This document shows positions 10,160 to 19,399 of a DNA stretch of 64,000 nt, piece after piece. Made by a program: the position numbers and the translations under genes. Origin of the DNA: an uncultured delta proteobacterium (lineage in GTDB: Bacteria > Desulfobacterota > Desulfomonilia > Desulfomonilales > Desulfomonilaceae); contig CAWBKB010000001.1 of assembly GCA_963789265.1 (NCBI GenBank), forward strand, positions 448,001-512,000. Reading direction: 5' to 3'. The notes under the pieces were generated by a model. The model saw only the letters and a program-made list of their open reading frames with translations, searched no databases and was not told where the DNA came from. Position 1 is the stretch's first letter. Each line of letters starts with the position of its first letter.

Positions 10160-11608
10160 TTAACACGCGGTATCCGGCTCCGCCATCTCCACCGTTAGGG
10201 AAAGGGTGGACGGGATCGCTCCGCAGCGAGGGCAAACTTCTATGGGAGCGCCATTGTCGAAACCGCAAAGTGGGCACGCCGAAGGAAACGTGTGTGTCCC
10301 ACCTTTCCCTTCGGTCAATTCCATGATTTCGCCATCAAGAGACATGACAAGACTCGCCAAGTTTCGCACAACGATATGAAGCATCTTGAGTTGCAACAAA
10401 GGATCCAGTTCCTTGAAAAGTAAAGCATTTATCTGAAGCAACTTGCAATCCTCTTTGGCTATCACGCCGGCAGACCTTTTACGCCTGGCAAAAGCCCCAA
10501 TTTCTCCGAAACAAGCTCCCGGCAGGAAATCCGACAGCTTGCGAGCTCTCTTGACCACTTCCACGTTGCCCTCGAGTAGGACGAAGAAGTTCGAGTCACT
10601 TTCATTCTCGCTTATTATGTGCTCGCCGGCCCGGCATGTTATGAACTCACTCACTTTTATCAATTGCTGGATCTCTTCCTCAGAGAATAGAGAGAACATC
10701 TCGAACTTCTTTAGACTTTGGACTAATTCCTTGTCCGGAGAAATAGCTGTGCGTAATCCCGATCTAAGGCATTCCCCGAGCGCCGTCGCCAGATCGCCGG
10801 CGCGTGGGAAGCGCCTGACGGGTGACTTTTCCAGACAACGTCCCACAATCACGTCAACTTCCTGCGGAATCTCAGAGTTGATTCGCCCCGGGGGAGGAAG
10901 ACCTTCCGTACAGATTTTGGCCAACGTCTCTTCGGTGCTGGCTCCTCTGAAAGGCGCCTGCCCGGTTAACAGTTCAAATAGAACCAGCCCAAGTTGATAG
11001 ATGTCTACTCTATGATCTTGTTCACGACGCAGGACTTGTTCCGGGGCCATGAACCGCGCAGAGCCGATAAGAGGTAGGCGATGGCCTTTCAGGTGCTTCC
11101 TGAATCGAGCGATGCCGAAATCAGTGATCTTCGGGACACCTTGAGCCGATAGGATAATGTTCTCGGGTTTGATGTCGCGATGAATGACGCCCTTCTCGTG
11201 AGCATAATCCAACGCCAGAGCCAACTCATAAACAATCTCTATAGATTTCTTGATGCTGAACGGAGACGTCCGAATGTGCTCCAAGATGGTCTTGCCGTAA
11301 ATGAACTCCATAACCATGTAGAGCAAGTCACCTTTCTTGCCCACATCGTAAATGACCACAATATTAGGATGCAGGAGAGCCCCCGCGGTCTGAGTCTCCA
11401 AGAAAAAGTCCCTCATGACATTTTCTTTTGAGACCTCGATGCCCGGCAATGTCTCCAACGAAAAGGTCTTAATGGCAACGGGTCTTCGGATAATCTTGTC
11501 CATTGCCAGGTATACCTGCCCCATTCCCCCTCCGCCCACATAGCGGATGATGTCGTAGCGTTTGATTCTGTTCAGGGTTGCGTGCTCAATCTGATTCATC
11601 CGATTCAT
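10160..11608 (-). CDS. Hanks-type Ser/Thr kinase with cyclic-nucleotide-binding domain and C-terminal double zinc ribbon
   Basis: GGGGMGQVY, VAIK, HRDIKPEN, DFG, MAPE; cNMP-type GACFGEIGAF..RSAGVIA; CPLCG..CPRCG. Confidence 0.92.
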   Translation of the reverse strand: MNRMNQIEHATLNRIKRYDIIRYVGGGGMGQVYLAMDKIIRRPVAIKTFSLETLPGIEVSKENVMRDFFLETQTAGALLHPNIVVIYDVGKKGDLLYMVMEFIYGKTILEHIRTSPFSIKKSIEIVYELALALDYAHEKGVIHRDIKPENIILSAQGVPKITDFGIARFRKHLKGHRLPLIGSARFMAPEQVLRREQDHRVDIYQLGLVLFELLTGQAPFRGASTEETLAKICTEGLPPPGRINSEIPQEVDVIVGRCLEKSPVRRFPRAGDLATALGECLRSGLRTAISPDKELVQSLKKFEMFSLFSEEEIQQLIKVSEFITCRAGEHIISENESDSNFFVLLEGNVEVVKRARKLSDFLPGACFGEIGAFARRKRSAGVIAKEDCKLLQINALLFKELDPLLQLKMLHIVVRNLASLVMSLDGEIMELTEGKGGTHTFPSACPLCGFDNGAPIEVCPRCGAIPSTLSLTVEMAEPDTAC

Positions 11609-11679
11609 GAGACCTGTGCTTGCATTAAAATTGGCGCTTCATAGCGGACGGCCTCATACTCGTGTAAGGGCACGGCACG

Positions 11680-11890
11680 GAAACCATCTCAAGACTATTT
11701 TGATGCCTAGAATTGTGGCACGATAGGGCCTGATTCGTATAGTTGTTGCCCTCACCCCAACCCTCTCCCAGAGAGAGAGGGAGCTGTACCAAAGCAGCTA
11801 TCCGATTCCCTTCGTCCTTTGTGAGGAGGGACAGGGTAAGGCGATTTCGCGTTACGATCTCGTCGTGTTCAAGGGTTTTGAGACACTTTC
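11680..11890. mobile_element. ~211-bp MITE copy 2
   Basis: GAAACCATCTCAAG...TTTTGAGACACTTTC flanked by CACG duplication inside GTAAGGGCACGG-CACG-CCGTGCTCCTAC hairpin. Confidence 0.85.
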
Positions 11891-11951
11891 CACGCCGTGC
11901 TCCTACCGGCCTCAGCGATAACAACGGTGGCGCCTATTCAGACAAGGCCGG

Positions 11952-12716
11952 TTATCGGATCTCAGAGAGAATCAGCGGTCCGTTGTCCGTGATTGCGATT
12001 GAGTGTTCAAAGTGAGCGGAGAGTTTGCCGTCTGCGGTCACCGCGGTCCACTCGTCATCGAGGAGTCTGATTTTCCATGTTCCTTCGTTCACCATCGGTT
12101 CCAGGGCCAGTGCCATCCCAACCTGCAAGCGCGGATTCCAGCCGGCCCCTTTGTAATTCGGAATCTGGGGAGGCTCGTGCATCCTTCTGCCTATGCCGTG
12201 ACCTACAAAATCACGCACAACTGAAAAGCCCTGTGATTCCACATGGCTCTGGATAGCACCGGAGATGTCTTGGAGCCGATTGCCAGCCACGGCTTTCTTT
12301 ATCCCTTCATAAAGAGATTCTCGCGTAATGTTCAACAGTTTGAGGGCTTCAGCGGATATTTCCCCCACAGGATATGTTTGCGCTGAATCTCCAACAAACC
12401 CCCTATAGACCACTCCCACGTCAACCCCGACAATGTCCCCTTCTTTGAGGACACGAGAGCCGGGAATCCCATGGACCACCTCCTCATTGACAGACGAGCA
12501 GATGGCCGCAGGATAAGGCTTGTTGTTGCGCATCCGATAACCCTTGAACGCGGCTTTTGCCTTGGCCTGGATAATCATTGCTTCGGCCACTTTGTTAAGT
12601 TCACCTGTTGTGGTGCCGGGTTGGATCATTTGCCCTAATCGTTCCAAGATTTCGGCCACAATTCGGTTCGCATCTCTCATGGTCTCGATTTCACGAGAGG
12701 TTTTTAACACGATCAT
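11952..12716 (-). CDS. map: type I methionine aminopeptidase
   Basis: SVNEEVVHGIP, VDVG..GDSA, GHGIG..HEPP, EPMVN, SAHFEHS. Confidence 0.97.
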   Translation of the reverse strand: MIVLKTSREIETMRDANRIVAEILERLGQMIQPGTTTGELNKVAEAMIIQAKAKAAFKGYRMRNNKPYPAAICSSVNEEVVHGIPGSRVLKEGDIVGVDVGVVYRGFVGDSAQTYPVGEISAEALKLLNITRESLYEGIKKAVAGNRLQDISGAIQSHVESQGFSVVRDFVGHGIGRRMHEPPQIPNYKGAGWNPRLQVGMALALEPMVNEGTWKIRLLDDEWTAVTADGKLSAHFEHSIAITDNGPLILSEIR

Positions 12717-12828
12717 CGGATTTTTCACAACCGTCGCCCCTGCTTCCTGAATCCTAGCCGCATTATACAACGCCAATCGTACCATACCAGAAATTTGAGG
12801 CGCATGGATGGAGAAATCTCGCGACGAT

Positions 12829-12938
12829 GGTAATAGTTCACCGCGGAGAATTCCGTTTTCTTCACACGTCTACGCGATGATTCCTGTTCGCTCTCGTATA
12901 AGTGAAAATCGGCAAAAGGTTTTCTCTGAACAGTTACC
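12829..12938. repeat. small element with GGTAA-AGTTCA / TGAACAGTTACC inverted ends
   Basis: inverted termini similar to those at 35129-35352, 44721-44840 and 62575-62911. Confidence 0.45.
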
Positions 12939-12952
12939 ATTCGGTACCGCCC

Positions 12953-13609
12953 TCACGGAGTATCGTTCGTAGGCAAAGCAGCATCGTCAACGAAAGGTCG
13001 AAATGGTCGCCTTATGACCCAGCGCTTCCCTCCCGCGGGCAGACGCCCTATCAAGTGACGTCCCAAATGTATTTGCAATTCCGAACCTCGCATGCTGCCA
13101 AACCGAACAATCCTTGTTGGCATAAGGGACAAAAGCCATGCACCCAATTTCTTCAGCAGACCCGACCCGGGAGTTGCAGGCCTGGCATATAATCTCCTGT
13201 CGATAAAGCTGCGCACGTTCATAATGCGGCCGATCGCCCGGCCCGCAAGGCCGCCGTATATTCTCCGCGACTCTTTCCCTCTGTGTGCTGATACTATTCG
13301 GCCTAAAATCCAACTTGGTTCCACGACGTACGGGTCGACAAGATTGTTGTTGTCTCCTCTGGTGAGTACTCCTTGAGCGTCGCTGGAAACCACCCGATGG
13401 ACTATCGCTTGCCCACCATCAGGATGAATGAACAAGATGACGTCTCCGCACCTAATCGTCCTGCCGTCATACGGGACTATATGGAGGATATCTGAAGCTC
13501 GGAATGTGGGATTCATGCTGGGACCGGCATAGAACATCCATTGCCCGGTTAGGAACCGAAGACAACTGACTTTGGCAGGCGCATGATCTGGCGAGCAATC
13601 CATATTCAA
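12953..13609 (-). CDS. S24/S26 signal-peptidase-like protein (candidate RiPP leader peptidase)
   Basis: GPSMNPT, GDVILF, IVHRVV, TRGDNN..DP; Ser-His type S26 motifs. Confidence 0.8.
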   Translation of the reverse strand: MNMDCSPDHAPAKVSCLRFLTGQWMFYAGPSMNPTFRASDILHIVPYDGRTIRCGDVILFIHPDGGQAIVHRVVSSDAQGVLTRGDNNNLVDPYVVEPSWILGRIVSAHRGKESRRIYGGLAGRAIGRIMNVRSFIDRRLYARPATPGSGLLKKLGAWLLSLMPTRIVRFGSMRGSELQIHLGRHLIGRLPAGGKRWVIRRPFRPFVDDAALPTNDTP

Positions 13610-13661
13610 TCCATGTAACCGCAGAGTGCGCAGAGAAGCAAAAGTGTATTCAGTTCAGCGT

Positions 13662-13763
13662 GTAGGATGTGCTGAACCCGGCCAAGGCAGGGGAAGCGCA
13701 TCGGCCGCGTCCGCGCTCCGTCTTACACAATCGATGCGCTTCGCTTCGCTCAGCACATCCTAC
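13662..13763. repeat. 102-bp REPIN-like element, copy A
   Basis: GTAGGATGTGCTGA...TCAGCACATCCTAC; near-identical copy at 26875-26976. Confidence 0.85.
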
Positions 13764-13892
13764 AAAATTACTAGATCGGAAGTGTCCTCGCTGTTACAGA
13801 CCGGAATTTATCATGTCTTATCGCGTGAAAGTTGAAAAAATCTCAGCGTGCACAGCGTTCTCTGCGGTGAATATCACGTTCTCCGCGGTGAA

Positions 13893-14813
13893 CTATTTCC
13901 GATCCAATGCCTTCTCTATTCCTTCCCAGAAGCGACCGGTGAGGCTCGCTCGCAAAGTGAAGGTCGGCACGGCTTTGGCGAGATCGCACGAATTCGCAAA
14001 TAGCTTCAAATTGTTGTCTCTTTGCACGTCGTTTTCCGGACGTCGCCACATTCGCCCGCACACCTGACCTGCCGACTGGTTGATCCTTGCCGCGGCTCGG
14101 GCCTGGCCGATGCGGGCGACATCGTCGCTCTCGCCCTGGTCCAAGAAGAAAATCGCAGAAAGTGGAGTCGGTCTCTGCACGTTCCAAGTCTTCTCGGCCC
14201 TCCGAAAAAGGTAATCACTCCATGTCGGGAACGGATGTGCATGGTAAGATCCGGATGCCGAACGCACTACGAGTGTCTCGTCATCACATAAAACCTTCCA
14301 AGATTGGGGAACGCGTCGGCAGCACGTGCTCTTGCCTCGGCCTCCACTGGCCGCAATCAGAATTCCCTTACCGTCATGCTCGACCAAAGCCGCGTGGAGT
14401 GGCGTACCTCCCTGGTCGATTGCAGCCCGATAGAAGGGGAAAACCGCCTGCTGCATGGCCAGGATTGCCGGATCGTGATGCCCTATATCCAACAGTTCAC
14501 AAACCATGTCAGGTACGTCGGGATTGGACCAGATACGCAGTGCTAAGAGATCGTGCATCTTCCAACCGCTGTGCGGAAGAGCGGATGGCTTGGGTAACAG
14601 AGGGAGGGGATTGGCAGTTTGACAACGGCCGATTCCTTCACCGCATTTAACGATGCTTATTTTTCGGAGCCCATCTGACTTTCCCGGCCTCAAAGTCATG
14701 ATTGAAGCCAGTTGGTTCAGCCAGGCCGATGTACCGTTGCTCGCAACGAGGCGCCATGCAAGGCCGTCATTCAGATGGAGGATATAGGAGTTGTCACCAC
14801 ATGTTTTCTGCAT
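13893..14813 (-). CDS. scmC: SynChlorMet cassette ScmC-like protein (HPr-kinase-related P-loop protein)
   Basis: PLHAALVE..GILIAASGGRGKST..LCDDE..AHPFPTWS; located next to PqqD and two rSAM/SPASM genes. Confidence 0.75.
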   Translation of the reverse strand: MQKTCGDNSYILHLNDGLAWRLVASNGTSAWLNQLASIMTLRPGKSDGLRKISIVKCGEGIGRCQTANPLPLLPKPSALPHSGWKMHDLLALRIWSNPDVPDMVCELLDIGHHDPAILAMQQAVFPFYRAAIDQGGTPLHAALVEHDGKGILIAASGGRGKSTCCRRVPQSWKVLCDDETLVVRSASGSYHAHPFPTWSDYLFRRAEKTWNVQRPTPLSAIFFLDQGESDDVARIGQARAAARINQSAGQVCGRMWRRPENDVQRDNNLKLFANSCDLAKAVPTFTLRASLTGRFWEGIEKALDRK

Positions 14814-14874
14814 CAGTTATCTCAGCATCAAGCTTCTGTCAGTCGCTTTACGAGCTTGCTGACGAACTGGTTGA

Positions 14875-15081
14875 TTAGCCTCCATAAAAACCTGAAGAGC
14901 AATTCCTTGCGCCCCCACCATTCGGCTTACAGAATCCGCCCCCAGGAAACACTCCGTAATTCTTGCAAACCCCGGCATCCCCGCTCCCCAACGGGTTGCA
15001 AGCCCCTGAGGCGTACAGGTCATCCCGGTCGTCCATGTCCACTATCACGGGTTGGGTGTACGGAGGTCGCGAATTTTCCAT
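14875..15081 (-). CDS. candidate RiPP precursor peptide (68 aa, YxxP leader, Cys/Gly-rich core)
   Basis: GGAAGGA RBS; ATG overlaps the scmF TGA; MENSRPPYTQPVIVDMDDRDDLYASGA-CNPLGSGDAGV-CKNYGVFPGGGF-CKPNGGGARN-CSSGFYGG. Confidence 0.75.
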   Translation of the reverse strand: MENSRPPYTQPVIVDMDDRDDLYASGACNPLGSGDAGVCKNYGVFPGGGFCKPNGGGARNCSSGFYGG

Positions 15082-16220
15082 CAGCCGCATCCTTCCATAT
15101 TCTCCGGGCGATTTTGTCCCGGTGCAAAAAGCCGTGTCGTAGGAAACAGATCTCTCTTTGCAGCTTCCTCGCAGTACCAGTGTGGCGCCCAGAGGCTCTT
15201 GGAACGATAGAAATTCTGGGCCACACAGTTTCCGAGGCAGACACCCTTCATCAGGCAGTCACCGCATATTCCTTGCAGACGCCTCGGCAGGCCATTTCTC
15301 AGGTTTTGAAGAATAGGATTGTTGTTCCAAAGATCTTCCAACCGATCACGACCTGCGTGGCCGAAGACAAGCTCCGGCACGGTTTCTCCGATGCCGCAAA
15401 GCGCGTACGAACCATTACCGAGCACTCCAAGTATGCCCAATATGCCACATTGCCCGCCCCCGTCTCCTTGCTCTCCGAACATCTTGTTCAATGGACGAAA
15501 GGCCATGGGATGGCTGTAAAACAGCCTGAGCCTTGTTTTGGCAGAAAGTTCAGTCTCGACCCAGCGGCCCAGTTCCACTAGTTCGTCCATGGAGAGCGTC
15601 TCACCGGCCTCGTGCAGGCGTTCGCCTCGTGCCGTGGGCTGAACCATGTTGAACTTCACCGAGCCAGCGCCGAGCGACTCGGCCAGCCGAACCACTTGTT
15701 CCATCTGATCTCTGTTTCGGCGGATCAGAGACATTATCACTTGCGGTCTGATGCCTACGGCGACAAGATTCTTGATCCCGCTGAGGGCGGCATCGAAGCA
15801 TCCCCTAACCCCTCTCATCCATTCATGGGTTTGGGCATCCGAACCGTCCAGGCTCACCGAAACGGACGGGCCTTCACAAGCCTTTATCTTTGCAGCTAAT
15901 TCCGCGCTTAAAGCCACCCCGTTGGTTTCAATGGTGAGACTCAACTCCTGACAGCGGAGATAATCGAGGATTTCGCCTATTCGGGGGTGGATCAATGGCT
16001 CGCCGCCGGTTAATTTGACTGCGGAAAGACCCAGCAGTATGGCCTGATCTATGATGTGGAGAAACAACTCGAAATCAAGTGCAGTGGCTGATGCGCCTTC
16101 GCTCTGGTAGGTGGGTGCTATCCAGCAGTGGCGGCAACGGAGATTGCACTTTTCAGTCAGATAGAAGTAGAGTTGATTTAGAGGAAATTCGCGTTTAGTT
16201 GTCATAGGTTGAGCAGACAT
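15081..16220 (-). CDS. scmF: radical SAM/SPASM enzyme, SynChlorMet ScmF-like
   Basis: YFYLTEKCNLRCRHCWIAP, LTGGEP, SPASM Cys cluster CGDC-x5-C-x3-C. Confidence 0.85.
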   Translation of the reverse strand: MSAQPMTTKREFPLNQLYFYLTEKCNLRCRHCWIAPTYQSEGASATALDFELFLHIIDQAILLGLSAVKLTGGEPLIHPRIGEILDYLRCQELSLTIETNGVALSAELAAKIKACEGPSVSVSLDGSDAQTHEWMRGVRGCFDAALSGIKNLVAVGIRPQVIMSLIRRNRDQMEQVVRLAESLGAGSVKFNMVQPTARGERLHEAGETLSMDELVELGRWVETELSAKTRLRLFYSHPMAFRPLNKMFGEQGDGGGQCGILGILGVLGNGSYALCGIGETVPELVFGHAGRDRLEDLWNNNPILQNLRNGLPRRLQGICGDCLMKGVCLGNCVAQNFYRSKSLWAPHWYCEEAAKRDLFPTTRLFAPGQNRPENMEGCG

Positions 16221-16468
16221 AAGTTGGTAGGACAGGCATCCTGCCTGTCATTCCCAATCGACAGGCAGGATGCCCCTAGGCGTTAAAATAAGCTTCAAGT
16301 CCTCTTCGTCCCGGAGGGACGTGCTGATAATAGCCCGGCGATTTATCGCCGGGAATGAACCGCCAAGAGACTTTTCTTCGTCCCCGAGGGGCGCCCGAAG
16401 GATGCATCCTTCGGGCGCCCCTCGGGGACGAAGATTGAATCATTGCTTATCGGTCACCCGGCAATGAA

Positions 16469-18144
16469 GAGAGTGTCTCAAAACGGTTGTAGTGGCACGA
16501 TGACGACTCTCGGGGTGGTAGGGTGCGGTTAATCTCGCACCTTGGCCTCCCTTGTCTCCGACGAGCCGGGGCCGGCTATGAGTATGCCTCAGGCAGCCAT
16601 GAGTCACTCTCCGTCCTGATGTCTTAGGCCGCGGTTAGCACCAGACGCCCCGTCAGCCAATGGCTGTAGAGCTTCTTGAGATTCAAGGTGGCGCACATCA
16701 AAGACCATTGAGCCTTCGCATTGGATAATCCGGACACGGTCCACCGTCTAAAGTCCAAGTGGCTCTTTATCCATGCAAAGACCGGCTCAATGATCACCTT
16801 GCGGGCTCGGAGTAGCGTCTTGCTTTCCGGGACCTCCCGTTTCTTGCGGTGACGCTCAACTGCGTCACGATAGATGTTAATGTCTATGAGACGGCCATTC
16901 TTGCTCTTGCTGCACTTCCACCGTTCAGGACACGTCAAGTAGTCCCGGCATCGATACCGCCGGATCTCGTTTCCGTTTTTTCCTGTGACTTTCTTCTGAA
17001 GAAAGTTCAGCGATGCGCCTTGCGGACAAATACAGACGTCTCGCTCTTGGTCGTAGACGAACTGGGAAGCGTGATAAGGGTCCCATTGAGCGCCTTTTTC
17101 CGCAGCGGACTCTCCCGACGACTTGGCGACCAAGACCTCGTACTCCTTCTCTTCGGCCAACGCGATTTGAGCCGATGCGAAGTATCCTGCGTCCGCCACG
17201 GTTTCCTCTGCGGTTGCGCCCAAATTTTCCTGAACTCGATCCAGCATGGGAACAAGCTGCCCATTGTCATTGCCTTCGTCGACCACTTCCTCAGCCACAA
17301 TCATGCCGCTTTGTTGGTCTGCCACCGCTTGAGCATTGTAAGAGGGCTCAGTAGACCGCCGGTTCTTCATGTACCGGGCATCCGGCTCGCAGGGATGGAC
17401 GACCTTCTTGTCAGTCTTATCCAATTCCTGCAAGGCCTTCTGTATCCGCTCCTTGCGTTTCAACTCGTCCTGCAGGGCTTCGGGAAGACGCCATTCGCCA
17501 CCCTCCTCTTGCTCGCACCTCTCTGTCTCCGTCATGACGTCGGCAACGCACTTGTCCAAATTCTCAAGCATCCGCTCCAACTGATCTTGGTTCTTGAACT
17601 TCTCCCGAGATGATCCGACAGGGATCTTGGTTCCATCCAATGCATGAACCGCCATACCTATCAACTCGGCTTTGACTGCCACTTGAACCGATTGTTTGAA
17701 TATTCCCTTGAAAACCTTCTTGTTGTCCCTCCAGAATCGCCACAGGGTATTATGATCCGCTGCATTCATACCCGTCAGCCAAATCAATCCCATGTTCTCC
17801 ATGCATGCCTTCTCAAGCTTGCGCGATGACCTGATTCTGCTGAAATAGCCGTAGAGCCATGCCTTCAACAAAAGATCGGTACTATAGGGAGGACGGCCCG
17901 TTTCGCCATTCGGAACTCGAAAACCCAGCACCTCCAAATCCAAGGAATCCACAAAGTCTCCTATGAAGCGCGCTGGATGATCAGGCCCTATCCAGTCATC
18001 TATAGCGGGCGGAAGCAGAAACACCTGCTTGTAGTCGGCTCTGATTTGCGGCATAATCCTTTCCCTCTCCGATTCTCTTTTCACATCTCATTAGTAGAAT
18101 CGGTTGAGAATCGCGAGCCCAAAATCGACTTTTGAGACAGTTTC
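16469..18144 (-). mobile_element. IS1182-family insertion sequence (1676 bp)
   Basis: TIRs GAGAGTGTCTCAAAA / TTTTGAGACAGTTTC; TGAA duplication inside CCCGGCAA-TGAA-TTGCCGGG palindrome. Confidence 0.92.
16624..18054 (-). CDS. IS1182-family DDE transposase
   Basis: LLPPAIDDWIGPDHPARF, GRPPY..SSRKLE, LDGTKI, YNAQ, ADAGY, IEPVFAWIK; ORF intact. Confidence 0.95.
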   Translation of the reverse strand: MPQIRADYKQVFLLPPAIDDWIGPDHPARFIGDFVDSLDLEVLGFRVPNGETGRPPYSTDLLLKAWLYGYFSRIRSSRKLEKACMENMGLIWLTGMNAADHNTLWRFWRDNKKVFKGIFKQSVQVAVKAELIGMAVHALDGTKIPVGSSREKFKNQDQLERMLENLDKCVADVMTETERCEQEEGGEWRLPEALQDELKRKERIQKALQELDKTDKKVVHPCEPDARYMKNRRSTEPSYNAQAVADQQSGMIVAEEVVDEGNDNGQLVPMLDRVQENLGATAEETVADAGYFASAQIALAEEKEYEVLVAKSSGESAAEKGAQWDPYHASQFVYDQERDVCICPQGASLNFLQKKVTGKNGNEIRRYRCRDYLTCPERWKCSKSKNGRLIDINIYRDAVERHRKKREVPESKTLLRARKVIIEPVFAWIKSHLDFRRWTVSGLSNAKAQWSLMCATLNLKKLYSHWLTGRLVLTAA

Positions 18145-18212
18145 TGAATTGCCGGGCTACTATCATTGAGCCCCTACAGGGCTCACAGAGGGCAGGCTCG
18201 TTATTTTAACGC

Positions 18213-19392
18213 CTATGGGCAGGACGCCTGTCCCACCGTCAGGTTTCGTTCTCGCTGCCCGCATGTGTCATGGCTTAGCGATGTGGTGACCGGATCCTCA
18301 TTCGGGAGAACGCCACCGGCCTCCAGGAAACGTTTATAGCAGGAATCAGGGCTCGGATGATAGGCATGACCTGTCATAGAATCCGCCATTGCGGGACAAC
18401 CGCCTCTGCAAAAGGCCACATACTCGCACCCACGACAAAAATCAAAATCTGCAAGGTGGATGGATGATCGATCCCGAAAACGATTAAGTTCCTCGCTGTT
18501 CAGCCACACTTCAGCCACCGAGTCAACGTTGATTCGGCCTAGTTCAATGTTTGACAGTTGCACGCAAGGGACTATGACCCCATCCGCCCTCACCGCCAAT
18601 TTGGTCATCGGGCCGCCGCAGCTCGTCAATTGTCCTCCACCGGGCAGCCTCTTCAACCCCTTTTCCCGCGCGTGTTCTATGTCGAGCCATGCCTGCGCTT
18701 CAGCCAGCGGTCCAGCCGTGGCGCTGATGCGGTCACCATATTTCTGTGTGAGCTTCAAGAGGGAGTCCATAGCCAGACATCGCTCTTCAACGGTAAGCTG
18801 GACCTCATCGGTGTTTTTCCGGCACAATCCTAAATAACCGGCCGAGTTTGTTGAAAACCCGGGAAGGCCAACTACTTCCAGGAGCAACTTAGAGACTTTC
18901 TCCAGGTCCTTGACGTTTCGTCTGTGAATTGTAACTCGGACGGACGCGGGGAGTCGATGTTCAAGAAGCAGCCTGAGGCCCTCCACCGCGCGCCGAAAAC
19001 TTCCATCGCCTCTGAAGCTGTCATGGGTAATCGGCATCGAGCCGTCAACAGAGACCTGAATGAAATTGCATCGGCCTGTGGAAGCTAGAAAGGCCGCGAG
19101 TTCACGTGTGATCAGAGTGCCGTTGGTGAGGAGGGAGAACCGCATCCGATTCCGTACGATCCCGTTCACGATTTCCCTGAAATCTTCACGAATGAAAGCC
19201 TCGCCCCCTTGCAGGCAAACCTCCATCACAGAGCAATCACGCAATTCTTCGAAAAACTTTAGCCATTCTCCGGTCGGCAGGTCTTCTTTAACGTCGCTTC
19301 CGCTCGTGAAATGGCTGCAGGTACTTGCAGCGCAGATTGCACTTGCCGGTGATCTCGATATCGACAGATCGCGGCGTCCTCATAAGAGTCAT
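18213..19392 (-). CDS. scmE: radical SAM/SPASM enzyme, SynChlorMet ScmE-like (apparent +1 indel near 19320)
   Basis: MTLMRTPRSVDIEITGKCNLRCKY/CSHF restores CxxxCxxC across the shift; LQGGE; SPASM CRGCEYVAFCRGGCPA. Confidence 0.85.
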
Positions 19393-19399
19393 GTCAGTA

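Larger units (their letters stand above)
16275..18217. mobile_element. MITE-like element with C(A/C)TAGGCGTTAAAATAA ends, hosting the IS1182 copy
   Basis: 16/18-nt inverted ends at 16275-16292 and 18200-18217, flanked by duplicated GGCAGGA(T/C)GCC hairpin. Confidence 0.65.
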
